Shown one piece after another: positions 13,371 to 24,803 of a stretch of DNA of 64,000 nucleotides (the first letter of the stretch is position 1; every line of letters begins with the position of its first letter). This DNA comes from Octopus vulgaris (lineage: Eukaryota). The stretch is taken from the NCBI GenBank assembly GCA_951406725.2, contig OX597821.1:100192001-100256000 (forward strand), read 5' to 3'. A model generated the notes under the pieces. It had not been told where the DNA came from. It searched no databases and worked only from the letters and a program-made list of their open reading frames with translations. The position numbers were made by a program, and so were the translations under genes.

Positions 13371-13580
13371 AGGCGGCGAGCTGGCCGAATCGTTAGCAAG
13401 ATGCTTAGTGGCGTTTCCTCCGCCCGAATTCAAGTTCCGTCGAGGTCGACTTTGCCTTTCATGCTTTCGGGGTCAATAAAATAACTACTTGTTGAGCACT
13501 ATAATCGATATAATTGTCTAGGCTCGTCCCATTAAATTGTTGGCTTTGTTGCAAAAGAATTTGAGAGTTTGAAATCAATA
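13371..13580 (+). mobile_element. SINE family B
   Basis: aggcggcgagctggccgaatcgttagc head, then gaggtcgactttgcctttcatgctttcggggtc. Confidence 0.85.
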
Positions 13581-14637
13581 TTTTGCTGTAGACTCGTTGT
13601 TTACTGAAATCACTGAACAAATTTACAACAAGCCACAGGCAGATCGCAACACCGTCGACCAGATTCGATCAGTGAACACTTCAGTTAGTTTCCCAATACG
13701 CTACAGTATTGAACCACTGAAAGTTCTCGACATGAAAACGCCTCATTAGCAATATATGACAGCCAATGCATATCCAGGTGTTAAATCACGGCTACTGTCA
13801 AATCTTATGGTTACTATTATGGTGGCCGTTACTGTCATATTGATGTTGACGTCCTGTCAACGGCTCTGGCCTGAGCGATAATTACGGTCATGGTGTGTCT
13901 CTACTTTAAGCTAGGTTGCTTCTACAGTCGCAGTTGTTTAAAATATAGTCATGCCTAATATAATGGCGGTGACTATTCTCTAAAGTTTTCTTACTTCCAG
14001 TGTGGTTACTACTTCAATGTCCTCACATTTACACCGCTAAACGGAAATCGTAATAAAATATCCAGCTTGCTTTAAAATAAAATACAAAACAAAAATGAGA
14101 GAAAAATATCTAAAACGTTTATTATATTATTATTACTACAATAAGCAGTATCAGGAGATTTTCATTTTTATGGTTCTTTTAATATAACCTCTGCAAGACG
14201 GGAATTGCTTTCGGTAACTACAAAGCATCTACTTAGTTTTAGAAAGTGTCTGGTAAGTCCAGCAATCTGATAACAGTGATGGTAATAAAAGAAACGATAG
14301 ATTGGACGATTGGTCTTGGTATAGAGGCCTAGAGCAAAGCACATGAATGAATTACTTCAGTTGCGCACTCATACTTATAATAAAAATATATCTACGTACA
14401 TTATATATATATCAATACATATAACATTGTAAGTAGAGAACATGCAAAACTATTTACACATTTTATGCATAATTCGTGCAAGTATATATGGATATATATA
14501 TATATATATATATACAAGAACTCACTACTTGAACAAAACTTGACTTAAACAGGATTCGAATAATCCTATCAGGTGGTGCTATTAAGTTAGACATGGCCTG
14601 GACCAATCTTTGGTCGAAACATATCTAAGTTTATCTA

Positions 14638-14685
<48 letters not shown>

Positions 14686-14695
14686 TGTATATAAA

Positions 14696-15560
14696 CAGGG
14701 TGCGATAAATAAACTGTCGTCTAAATTAAGCAAAAATGAATATAACACTGACATCTTATTTTAACAGATATATTTACCGAAATTACATAAAAATATCTTG
14801 AAACACAAAGAGTTAATATATTCAATAAAATTGCCATTGGCTTCAACCATGGCCTTCAGACGACTTCGGAATCTCCTGCAACTCTTCTGGATGGTCTCGT
14901 TGTTTAAGTTGGTGAATGCTGCTATAATCCTTGCATTCAGTTCATCTTTGCTGTCACAAGGGATTTTGTTGGTCTCTCGCTCAACTGCGCTCCTCACATA
15001 ATAATCAAAGGGGCTGCAGTCTGGGATGTTAGGTGGCCAGATGTTAGGAGTGGTGTGGTCGTACAGCCATGACTGTGTTCTCCTGCTTGTGTGACATAGC
15101 GTAGAATTCTGTTGTCAGACCTATCGTCTTCCAGCAGCCGCCCTCTTCACTCAGAGAAGCACTACCCCCTCCAGGCACTTGATGAAGGCCTCCGTGATGA
15201 GTCTGAGGCTGTGTGGGAAGATAAATGGATGGATAATGTCGCTATCACTACTGATCACCCCAAACATCATATGTTGACTGGATGTTTGACTTATATCACT
15301 CTCAGTACATGCCTTCAGATTGCACTGTCCTCAGATTCATACTCAAACACTCTGAAATATTCCGGCGCGAATGTCAAGCATTACAGCATGTTGTTTTGAA
15401 ATTTCTGGTAAAATGAATTGCTTCATGGCGCTGTTTTCTCACAGACGGTGCCAAACTGACACTACTGTACTGTGTAGTCAACAAAATCAAACACAAACAA
15501 TGCGCATGCGCGAAATTAAGAATATATATATATTGGTGACAATTTACCCATCGCATTCTG
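14696..15560 (-). mobile_element. Internally deleted Tc1/mariner-superfamily transposon (maT/DD37D-like)
   Basis: TIRs cagggtgcgataaataaactgtc and gacaatttacccatcgcattctg(ta). Minus-strand transposase C-terminus WPPNIPDCSPFDYYVRSAVERETNK...RRFRSRLKAMVEANGNFIE. Confidence 0.85.
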
Positions 15561-16483
15561 TACTATTTTAGGTAACGACAAAATCATTTAATAATCAGAA
15601 ATTAGAGTCCAGGTTATATGTTTACGCATGCATCCTAATCTATGTGCCAAGTATTAATGAAATATATGTATATACGCATATTTTATTAATATTTGGAATA
15701 TTTAACATATGCAGATATACAGACATACACTCGCATACATATATAGTGTGTATATACATACATATCTGTGTATGTATGTATGTGTGTATGTATGTATGTA
15801 TGTATGTATGTATGTATGTATGTATGTATGAATGTTTATGTATGTATGTATGTATGTATGTATGTATGTATGTATGTATGTATGTATGTATGTATGTATG
15901 TATGTATGAATGTATGCATGAATGTATACGTTAACTTTTACAAGAAGTTTGACTGTAATTTCGAAGTGCCGGCTTACCTGCCGCCATTAGGCGGCTGGCA
16001 AACCAAATATTCGAAGCTACTGTCAATCGGTTTCTTGTAAAAATTGATAAATATTTACTTGTCTAAAACGTATTGAGGACTCCTTCAGTTAAATTGTTTT
16101 TGACATATCATAAAGACAAATATTAATGCATACATAAATATATATACGTATATATATATATATGAGTATATATGTGTATGTTTATACATGTTCATGAATG
16201 TGTATATTCACTTGCATAGATGTATACATATACGTATTTATACATGAACGTCTATATATTTGTAAGTATATAACCATGTTCGTGTGTAGCGTCTACTTGC
16301 ATATCCTCATATATATCGGCTGACTCGTAACATTTACATATAAAGACATATATAGCCCCACACAAAGGACATACATGAACACAGAGAAATCCACGAGAAA
16401 ATACTTTCCTGTTACACACATTCAACAAACACAAACACACTTACAAGCATATATCTCCGAGTTGTATTTTCTTTATCTTTTAG

Positions 16484-16573
16484 ACATGCTCAGATACAAA
16501 AAGGAAAAAACTGTTTACGCTGTCAGGGTAAAGCACAAAGTTAAAGATCGGATACGAATATATACTGCTTCGG
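16484..16573 (+). CDS. Candidate 90-nt internal exon (phase 1-1) of an unidentified host gene
   Basis: Acceptor ttttctttatcttttag and donor g|gtgagt. Open frame MLRYKKEKTVYAVRVKHKVKDRIRIYTAS. No homology recognised. Confidence 0.3.
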
Positions 16574-17294
16574 GTGAGTAGATAGCACCTAATATACACT
16601 TGTTTTATAGTATATTTTATCATTACCTCGAAGCTACCATTACAACATTGCATACGTATCAGCTCAGGAAAAAAACTATTGAATTTGTTGTGACACTTAT
16701 AATCACTTAAACTTTAAACAGCAGCTCTGAATATTATTGCCTGACAAATACCGATCAAACCTGATTTAATTCAATATTAATTTTCTACAGAATGCGATTA
16801 TTTTTGTCAATATTTAGCAGCTTAAATTCTGTAATGATATTCTCTGATATTCCGATGTCCTTGTAAAATTTCTGAAAGTATTACACCTCTAACTTCTAGA
16901 CATCAAATTGTGATATTTCCAAACAAATGTTTCTCCCAAATTTTATTATAAGATCTGAATTCAATTTGATCTACATCGTATGTTTTCTCGTTTATTTCGT
17001 TATATACATTTATTTTAGTGTTGCAAAAGATAGTCGATGTTGTAGTGTGAATGATAGAAGTAAAGACAAACAAAAGGTGATGGTGATTGAATCATTTGTG
17101 TTTATCTTATTCAGTGTTAGATGAATTTAGATCAAAGATAATAAGTGACAACATCTTGGAAGTTTTGACGAAAACAACTTTTCGCTCAATGTTTCTACTT
17201 GATGTTTATATTTATTTCTGATCAACTGGATAAAAGGGGAGCCTTCACGTGGTCACTCAACCTGCAAGTAATAGCAACCAAATCTTTCCCAATA

Positions 17295-17515
17295 CTCTCT
17301 TTTACTTGTTTCAGTCATTTCACTGTGGCCATGCTGGAGCACCGCCTGTAGTCGTGCAAATCGACCCCAGGACATATGCTTTGGAAGCCTAATACTTATT
17401 CTATTAGTCTCTTTTGCAGAACCGCTAAGTTACGGGGCCGTAAACATACCAGCATCGGTTGTCAAGTGATGTTGGGGGTTCAAACACAGACACACAAACT
17501 TATACAGTCACATAC

Positions 17516-17551
<36 letters not shown>

Positions 17552-17706
17552 GCGACGGGCTTCTTTCGGTTTCCGTCTACGACATCCACGCACAAGGCTT
17601 TGGTCGGCCCGAGGCTGTAGTAGAAGACACTTGCCCAAGGTGTCACGCAGTGGGACTGAACCCGGAACCATGTAATTAGTAAGCAAGCTACTTACCACAC
17701 AGCCAC
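17295..17706 (-). mobile_element. SINE family A, near full length
   Basis: Same layout as 41366-41773. Confidence 0.9.
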
Positions 17707-17799
17707 ATCACTTAAATAATGAAATGGTGTACAGGATAATGTGAGTCTTATATACAGAGGTAAAAGATGTGATGGCCACACATATATATATATATATAT

Positions 17800-18010
17800 A
17801 AGTTCAGCAAAAATTTAGATTCAGATTAATATGGTACTTAAGTTAAAGGCACCAGAATTTTGTATGGTATTATCCATATAAATCAAATTGGGTGATTATA
17901 ATCAAAATAAGCAACAAGGATAGCCAAAGGTAGTGTAGTACAATCGTTTCATGCTACTTCATTTAATTAAACAAATTAAGTATTACATCAGTTTTAAAAT
18001 GTAGAGCAAT
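17800..18010 (-). mobile_element. Putative Penelope-like terminal-repeat fragment; related inverted copy at 50503-50660
   Basis: agttcagcaaaaatttagattcag...atatggtacttaagtt..ggcaccagaattt..tattatccata is the reverse complement of 50525-50646. Both abut (TA)n. A decayed gaaacgattgta HHR half lies near 17938-17990. Confidence 0.5.
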
Positions 18011-18726
18011 CTTCAGCCACATGTGGAATTTTTTAATTAAATTGACAATGTTCATTTGTATACTTATTCCATTTGCCAACATTACAAAAAGGGTAGGTAT
18101 ATAGACAGAGAGGTGAATTTCATCAGTAAAAACATGGTAGTAAAAGATCTTTACTCATGGGTAGATTTCTTATCACTGAATTTACTTTGTTATTTAGATT
18201 TACCATTGGGGAGGGGGTTTATTCTATTAAGATCAGTGGAGACAACCAAAAATTTATCTATTTAAATATAGAGGAAGAGGCAGTTTAAGTGGCAGAGCCA
18301 TAAATCCAACTCTTTTACGAAGAACTTAACTCTGGTACATCTCAATGTATTTTAGCTAAAGTTAGTAGGCTGAAGCTAGTGGGGTAGGGAGAATAGAAAC
18401 TTCTAATACCTTAACCATTTAACAGCCATAATCCTACTTGTGATTTGAAATATATATCTTTTAGATAGTTTTTTTTTTCCAAAGGATTCTAATAAATTTT
18501 AGTATCTTATATAGGGATGGAGAGTATAGAAATCATTTCATATTAAGAATATATATATAACGTAAGGGGTATCAGCCATCTGAATGTGGCTAGGCACTGG
18601 GGGGGGGGTGTTACTGATGCTTTTAGCCCCAGGCGATCAACGTCACCAGAAGGACTTTAGACACTATCTCAGTGTCCTTGTGTTGTTTGTAAAGGAGGTC
18701 ATCCTCCCTCGAAGATCCGGGTACTA

Positions 18727-18771
18727 CATACGGACTATAGTTTCGAGGTCATTGCCTCTTGTCAACGCATG
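18727..18771 (-). ncRNA. Type I hammerhead ribozyme, U3-A8 core variant (copy 1)
   Basis: Minus strand: CAUGCG-UUGACAA-GAGG caauga CCUC-GAAA-CUAUAG-UC^-CGUAUG. GUC cleavage triplet, palindromic stem III. Confidence 0.8.
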
Positions 18772-19080
18772 GTAAGCACCGGCCCTCGATGAAGGATTCC
18801 CTTTACAAACAATATATAATGTTTTTCACAGTAACCACTGTCACTGATGTAGAAAAACTGTCTGAAAACAATAATAAATCTCTGAACGAGATATAAACAG
18901 TAACCGCTCGACAACGTAAGGGGTATCAGCCATCTGAATGTGGCTAGGCACTGGGGGGGGGGTGTTACTGATGCTTTTAGCCCCAGGCGATCAACGTCAC
19001 CAGAAGGACTTTAGACACTATCTCAGTGTCCTTGTGTTGTTTGTAAAGGAGGTCATCCTCCCTCGAAGATCCGGGTACTA

Positions 19081-19125
19081 CATACGGACTATAGTTTCGA
19101 GGTCATTGCCTCTTCTCAACGCATG
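19081..19125 (-). ncRNA. Type I hammerhead ribozyme, U3-A8 core variant (copy 2)
   Basis: Same as copy 1 except the core is UUGAGAA, a change at the variable N7 position only. Confidence 0.8.
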
Positions 19126-19242
19126 GTAAGCACCGGCCCTCGATGAAGGATTCCCTTTACAAACAATATATAATGTTTTTCATAGTAACCACTGTCACTG
19201 AGAAAAATATATATATATATATATACATATGGAGCACGGATT

Positions 19243-19292
19243 TTTGTCAGTGAACAGGTCGCGGATTTTAGCGACGAAAATATTTTGACAAA
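19243..19292 (+). ncRNA. Candidate hammerhead with G3-C8 swapped core
   Basis: UUUGUCA-GUGAACA-g-GUCGC ggauuuua GCGAC-GAAA-AUAU-UU^-UGACAAA. 7-bp stem I, 5-bp stem II, palindromic AAAAUAUUUU. Confidence 0.55.
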
Positions 19293-19429
19293 TTAAACTT
19301 AAATGTTGAAGTGAATCGAACGGCTTTTGTGTGTTTCTTAAATGGCTTATAAACACCTTCCACGCTGCAATTGTTTTCGTTTCAGCACACGATCTCAGAT
19401 CAAATTACTTGCTATGCGAGTACATCTCC

Positions 19430-19476
<47 letters not shown>

Positions 19477-19480
19477 TATA

Positions 19481-19677
19481 CGAGAGGTCAATACCTCGAA
19501 ACTCGAGTCCGTGTGTATCATAAGTTGAAGACGGGAAGGATGACTTCTCTTTGCAAATACTGACAGGGCACAGAAAGTGTGTCTATGGCCAGCTGGAGGA
19601 GTGTGTCCTCCTGGGGGCTAAAATCTACAGTAGCATCCACCCTTAGGGGTTAGCCATATTGAAATGGCAAATATACG

Positions 19678-19680
<3 letters not shown>
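19481..19680 (+). mobile_element. Diverged, inverted relative of the 354-bp retrozyme-like unit, 5'-truncated inside its HHR
   Basis: cGA-GAGG ucaaua CCUC-GAAA-CUCGAG-UC, then ggatgac, ttt.caaa, gtgtcta, ggggctaaaa, tagcca.att.a.atggc, all collinear with the minus strand of 18559-18760. Confidence 0.75.
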
Positions 19681-19729
<49 letters not shown>

Positions 19730-19794
19730 ATATATATCAGATTATTATTAATATAGATTTATAGTTAGTAAACAGTAATTCATTTGTATTAATC

Positions 19795-20028
19795 ATCCTC
19801 CTCCTCCTCATCGTCATCATCATCATTAGTAGTAGTAGTAGTAGTAGTAGCAGTAGTAGTTGTTGTTGTTGCTGTTTTCAACAACATTACTGCTGTTTCC
19901 ACGGTTGATGATCAGAACGAGTATGATGGCATGAGCGATGATGATGATGATGATGATGATGACGACGACGATGATGGCGATGATGCTGATAGTGATGCTG
20001 ATGTGGATGATATAACTGAAAATGACTG

Positions 20029-20069
<41 letters not shown>

Positions 20070-20082
20070 ACACTCATACACA

Positions 20083-20130
<48 letters not shown>
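19795..20130. repeat. Compound tri-/dinucleotide microsatellites (TCC, CAT, TAG, TTG, GAT, CA)
   Basis: Direct reading. Confidence 0.9.
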
Positions 20131-20131
<1 letters not shown>

Positions 20132-20602
20132 AACGTTAATAAACATGCACATAAATCAAGTTATGGTGTGTATGGGTCGAACTGTACGAGCAAAAAAGAA
20201 GAGAAAAAGGAAAGAAAAGAGAAAAGAACAGAAAAAAAGCAAAAAGAAAAAGAAAACAAAAGTAAAATAACAAACACAAATCCATGAGATGTTAAAATGG
20301 AAACTAATTCTATAAAGCTTTCTGTCTGTGTCTGTCTGTCTGTCGATCTGTCCGGTTTCTGCCAATGTGTAGGATGATGAATGAATGGATGGTAAGAAAA
20401 CCGTTGCTTTTGAAGCGTGAGTGGCTGTGTTGATGATGTTAAATGACATTAGATGACCAATGAAGATAAGTGACAGTTCATGAGACGCTCGGGATTTGGC
20501 CTGGCTAAAGTTTGTTGGACGAAGAAAAGAGAAAGCGCAGGACTTGGTCTTTTTTGCTATCCTTTGTTGAGGATTTTGCACAGAACACTATCAATAATGA
20601 AT

Positions 20603-20661
<59 letters not shown>

Positions 20662-20688
20662 TTGTGCGTATATATATATACACGCGCA

Positions 20689-20721
<33 letters not shown>

Positions 20722-20849
20722 GTTTATATATATAAAAGTATATATACATAATATATATACATATTTATATAGTTTTATAAATATATATATATATATATAT
20801 ACACATATATGTATGTATATGGATACATACACACACATATATATAAGTA

Positions 20850-20916
<67 letters not shown>

Positions 20917-20949
20917 CAATAGATTTCTAAATATATATATTTATGCATG

Positions 20950-20988
<39 letters not shown>

Positions 20989-21014
20989 ATGTATATATTT
21001 ATTAGATACAAGTA

Positions 21015-21053
<39 letters not shown>

Positions 21054-21745
21054 AGATGTGTCAGCATTTGCGTGCTTTTGTTCGCACATGCGCACTTCAG
21101 ACTTTCTTTTCGTTCCCGGTGTTTTGTCATCGTATCGTTTATTTCTGCTCACTTTTCCTCTTCTCTTTCCCGCCCTCAGCGTACATCTAACTTACGTTGT
21201 AACCTTTTGTGTTTTCTTCCTCTCTCTTTACATTTCTCGCCTTCCTCACCTTTGTACCCTTCGTTATTTCATTCTCGCTTTTATCTTTTCCTCCCCATAG
21301 TCCCGAGTCCCGTAGCTTCCCATTTTTTTCATTATCTTCTATCAAACTCTCCATCATTTAAAATTCTTCCTCAAAATCTGACGCTGACAAAAGATGCAAG
21401 TTTCTGGATTTTACCTTCAGTACTATATTTCGTTTATATTTTTCTCTATATTTGTCTCCCATTGTCTCCATATTCTTCTGCTATTTTACTGTCAGGACAT
21501 GTAGAAAACACATTTTAATAATGGTCATATTTCTAAATTGTTACATAATTTTATATCTCCAAAACATGGTTTCATTATATCATTTTATTACATCTCTGTT
21601 TTCCTACATAATTAAGCATGTTGGAAAATTAATGTATAAAGTGTCCGTTATGTTAAAAATTCAAACATGTCTCCATTTTCGTTCTATAGTTCAATATACT
21701 GAAAGATTTACACTAAAAATGTTTCTATATTTTTAGACCTTAACA

Positions 21746-22270
21746 GTGGACCTCGAAGTAATCTTGCGAAGCTTCGCAAAGAAGATCGTCTCATTGAAAC
21801 AGCTAAGACTTTACTCTCTGGAGCGAATGCTGGAGAGATATGCAGTAATATACATCTGGAAGATCCTGGAAGGGTTTGTGCCAAATTTTGGCATTGAAAG
21901 CTACTTACATATCAGAACGAGTTGCCACTGCTCAGTGCCAAAGATCTCAGCAATACAGTCGCGCTTCAGGTCCAGTTACTGCAACAGACTGGGTTTCAGG
22001 GGTCCACAGCTTTTCAATATTCTCCCAAAGAGCCTGAGGGACCTATATAAAGTGGATTTAGGTGGATTGAAATCAAAACCGGATCTTTTCCTGTCGGGAG
22101 TCCAAGATGAAACTGCCTCTAGGCAGGAGGCACAAATGAGGGTAGCAACATCAAACTCCCTTATTCATCAAATGCTACATATCAGAGGAGACCCTCAGTA
22201 ATAATGTAACAAAACAGCGGAGTCCTAGCATGGCTACAGCTTTGAGCTGACACAGATAAAACATAAAACA
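21746..22270 (+). mobile_element. 5'-truncated CR1/L2-superfamily LINE (ORF2 C-terminus and 3' tail)
   Basis: LKQLRLYSLERMLERYAVIYIWKILEGFVPNFGI...FRGPQLFNILPKSLRDL is typical of the post-RT region of invertebrate CR1/L2-type LINEs. It is followed by a stem-loop tail and (taaaaca) repeats. Confidence 0.8.
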
Positions 22271-22664
22271 TGTTAAACACTCCAATAATGTTGCCGATTT
22301 AGTTCCATATATAAACATATTGAAATATTAATACTCTATTTTTTTTTAATGTTAAGATCGTCTGTTATATCACAGTTTTCTTCCCATAGTTTACAACTTT
22401 CGAAGTTATGTCGTGTTATTCTTTTTTCACTCAGTGGGGTGTGTCTATGTTGAGACACTGCCTTGAAGGGTTTAGTTGATTAAATCGACTAATTTTTTAA
22501 AGTCTGGTACTTATTCTGTCGACATGTTTTTGCCTCACCGTTAAATTACAGCAGTGTATTAAAAACATCACTTGTTGTCGACTGGTGAAAGACAAATACA
22601 AGCACACACAGAGGCACACACAGACACACAAGGACACAGACACACGAATACACACACACACATA

Positions 22665-22702
<38 letters not shown>

Positions 22703-22708
<6 letters not shown>

Positions 22709-22924
22709 GGAGTTTAACGCAGGTGTAATTGAAATACTTTTACTTCCGACACATGTTTTGAAGATATCACTGATATTATTCCAAAGGAATAAAATTGTGT
22801 AAAACAATGTAATCTTCTCTTCAGGGAAGTGAAGAAATGAAACTCCTCAACAAGATATTTGAACAGAAAATTTTCTGTCGGAAGTAAAAGTATTTGAATT
22901 ACACCTGCGTTAAACTCCATTTAT
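22703..22924 (-). mobile_element. Penelope-like mini element: hammerhead plus 49-bp inverted terminal arms
   Basis: Arms 22703-22751 and 22876-22924 have one mismatch. The left arm abuts (TA)n. Confidence 0.75.
22742..22830 (-). ncRNA. Type I hammerhead with long stem II and G12>A substitution
   Basis: Minus strand: ACUUCC-CUGAAGA-GAAGAU...AUCUUC-AAAA-CAUGUG-UC^-GGAAGU. Confidence 0.7.
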
Positions 22925-23059
22925 TTATTTATATATTACACAAAAAATTTCACGTAAGATCGAAGTTTCTACCTTTAAAAACCAAGAGTTTTTGCTACGC
23001 TGCTAACTATTTATCTATTTCTTCCATGTTAATTGGTAACAAGGGAAAAAATACGCACG

Positions 23060-23097
<38 letters not shown>

Positions 23098-23330
23098 GAA
23101 TGTGAGAACACTTTTATAAAGACTTAGAATATATATAAATATAGGTGGGGCACCTATATACCAAGGAAACGGCAAGCCGGCCCTATGAGCCAGGTATGGC
23201 TCGAGAAAGAACAAACAATATATATATATATATTTATAATGCCCCATATAAAATCGAAGAAAAAATCCAAGAAAAAACAACGTGAGAACATGGTACATGC
23301 AAAGTATTAAAAGACGCTCAAAAAAGGTTG

Positions 23331-23364
23331 TTTAACGTTTTGAGCAAAGCTCTTCTTCAGAAAA
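23331..23364 (-). ncRNA. Minimal hammerhead motif with G12>A
   Basis: Minus strand: UUU-CUGAAGA-A-GAGC uuu GCUC-AAAA-CGU-U^-AAA. Same family as 54244-54281. Confidence 0.6.
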
Positions 23365-23470
23365 GGAAACAAATCTATTAGAACTCAACCACAAGCCACA
23401 TTTTGCTACATAGCGAATAGCCATATGTACAGACACTGAAAATAAGTGACACATCGTTGAAATGAAACTA

Positions 23471-23674
23471 CAGTAACTCCTCGACTATCGCGGGTGTTAC
23501 GTTCCACCCGCCACCGCGATAGGTGAAAATCCGCGAAGTAGAAACAGTACTATTGTGTATATTCTAAAAATAATTTTTATAATTTGTATATATTTATTTC
23601 ATTATAAATGCAAAACAACACCACGGACGCATCGACGACAACTTAATGAACCGTGATATGGCAAGGGATTACTC
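23471..23674. mobile_element. Tigger/pogo-like MITE
   Basis: ta|cagtaactcctcgactatcgcgg ... ccgtgatatggcaagggattactc|ta. Imperfect TIRs with TA flanks. Confidence 0.7.
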
Positions 23675-24013
23675 TATATTTCTCAAAAGCGTCTCGACAA
23701 AGACCGAAGGGTTAACGTGCGTTTATAAGATTAGCTTTCTAACAGCGACTTAGCACATGCGCACAACGAAGAACACGTTTTCTTTTTATAATGATCGACC
23801 TCTATATATTTTCGCAATTACGCTGTTGAAAAATATGGTCACCTTCATTATTTATCCCTATATAAGAATTATCTTTTCAATTTTAACGCACAGCTGGGTT
23901 ACTAATGAAGTTTACATTCAGTATGTCTACAGAACAATTAAGAGAGAATCTTTATCACACCAGGTTATCAACTATTGTATCCAGTCGAAAATAGTCAAAG
24001 AAAGCAGGTAGGA

Positions 24014-24059
<46 letters not shown>

Positions 24060-24695
24060 GTAGTAGTAGTAGTAGTAGTAGTTGTAGTAGTAGTAGTAGT
24101 AGTAGTAGTAGTACTGGTAGTAGTAGTACTGGTATTGGTGTTAAAAAAAATAATAATGATGATAATTTCAAAGAAATACAGTTAAATTGTTTCAAATGAT
24201 AAGACAGCGTTCTCATAGACTTGGCTCACCGGCAGCTTATCAAAATTCTATTGTTCTTGTAGACTGTTTTTCTAAACATAATATATTAACAGACATGTTA
24301 AGGTCGACGCAAGCATACTTAGTATTGTTAACCAAGTTATTTTGATTATTAAAAATATATAACATTGAGAAAATCATTAAGTGAGTGAATAATCTTGGTC
24401 AATGGAAACAAGGGGGGTAATCCATAATTTCTTTATTAGTTACTCTTGATTAAAAATAGCATGTGAACAGTGCGATACAGAATGACTCAAATCTTCGTTG
24501 CACTACTGTTTAGTCCAGTTAATCCTTTTATCTTACAAACTATAAGGTTTAGGCTTTTCAGCAGTACAGTCCACTAAAAATCCCCTACGTATTATACTCA
24601 AGGGTGGACTATACTCCAGGATTTACTGTATGTATGAATGTATGCTTGTATGCATCCATCTCTCCTTTTCTCTCTCTCAATTTATATATGGGCTG

Positions 24696-24735
<40 letters not shown>

Positions 24736-24803
24736 CAGCCCACTTCTCTCATCTTCGTAACTCCCAATGATTTCCAACCAGATTTTGTGATTCTTCTATT
24801 TTA

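Larger units (their letters stand above)
18559..19201 (-). mobile_element. Retrozyme-like tandem: two 289-bp direct repeats with a 354-bp period, each carrying a hammerhead
   Basis: 18559-18847 vs 18913-19201 differ at only two positions I could find (18761/19115 and cac/cat near 18829/19183). Both ends are bordered by (TA)n. Confidence 0.8.

Noticed and set aside
17019-17076. Possible extra exon (ttattttag...aag|gtgatg)
   Set aside because: Weak donor, and the frame compatible with the upstream candidate exon hits a stop after ten codons.
18584-19129. Duplicated 63-aa ORF MWLGTGGGVLLMLL...
   Set aside because: Antisense to the ribozyme strand and repeated only because of the duplication. 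No coding evidence.
19931-20287. Acidic/basic low-complexity 118-aa ORF
   Set aside because: Made of (GAT)n, (CA)n and an A-rich tract.
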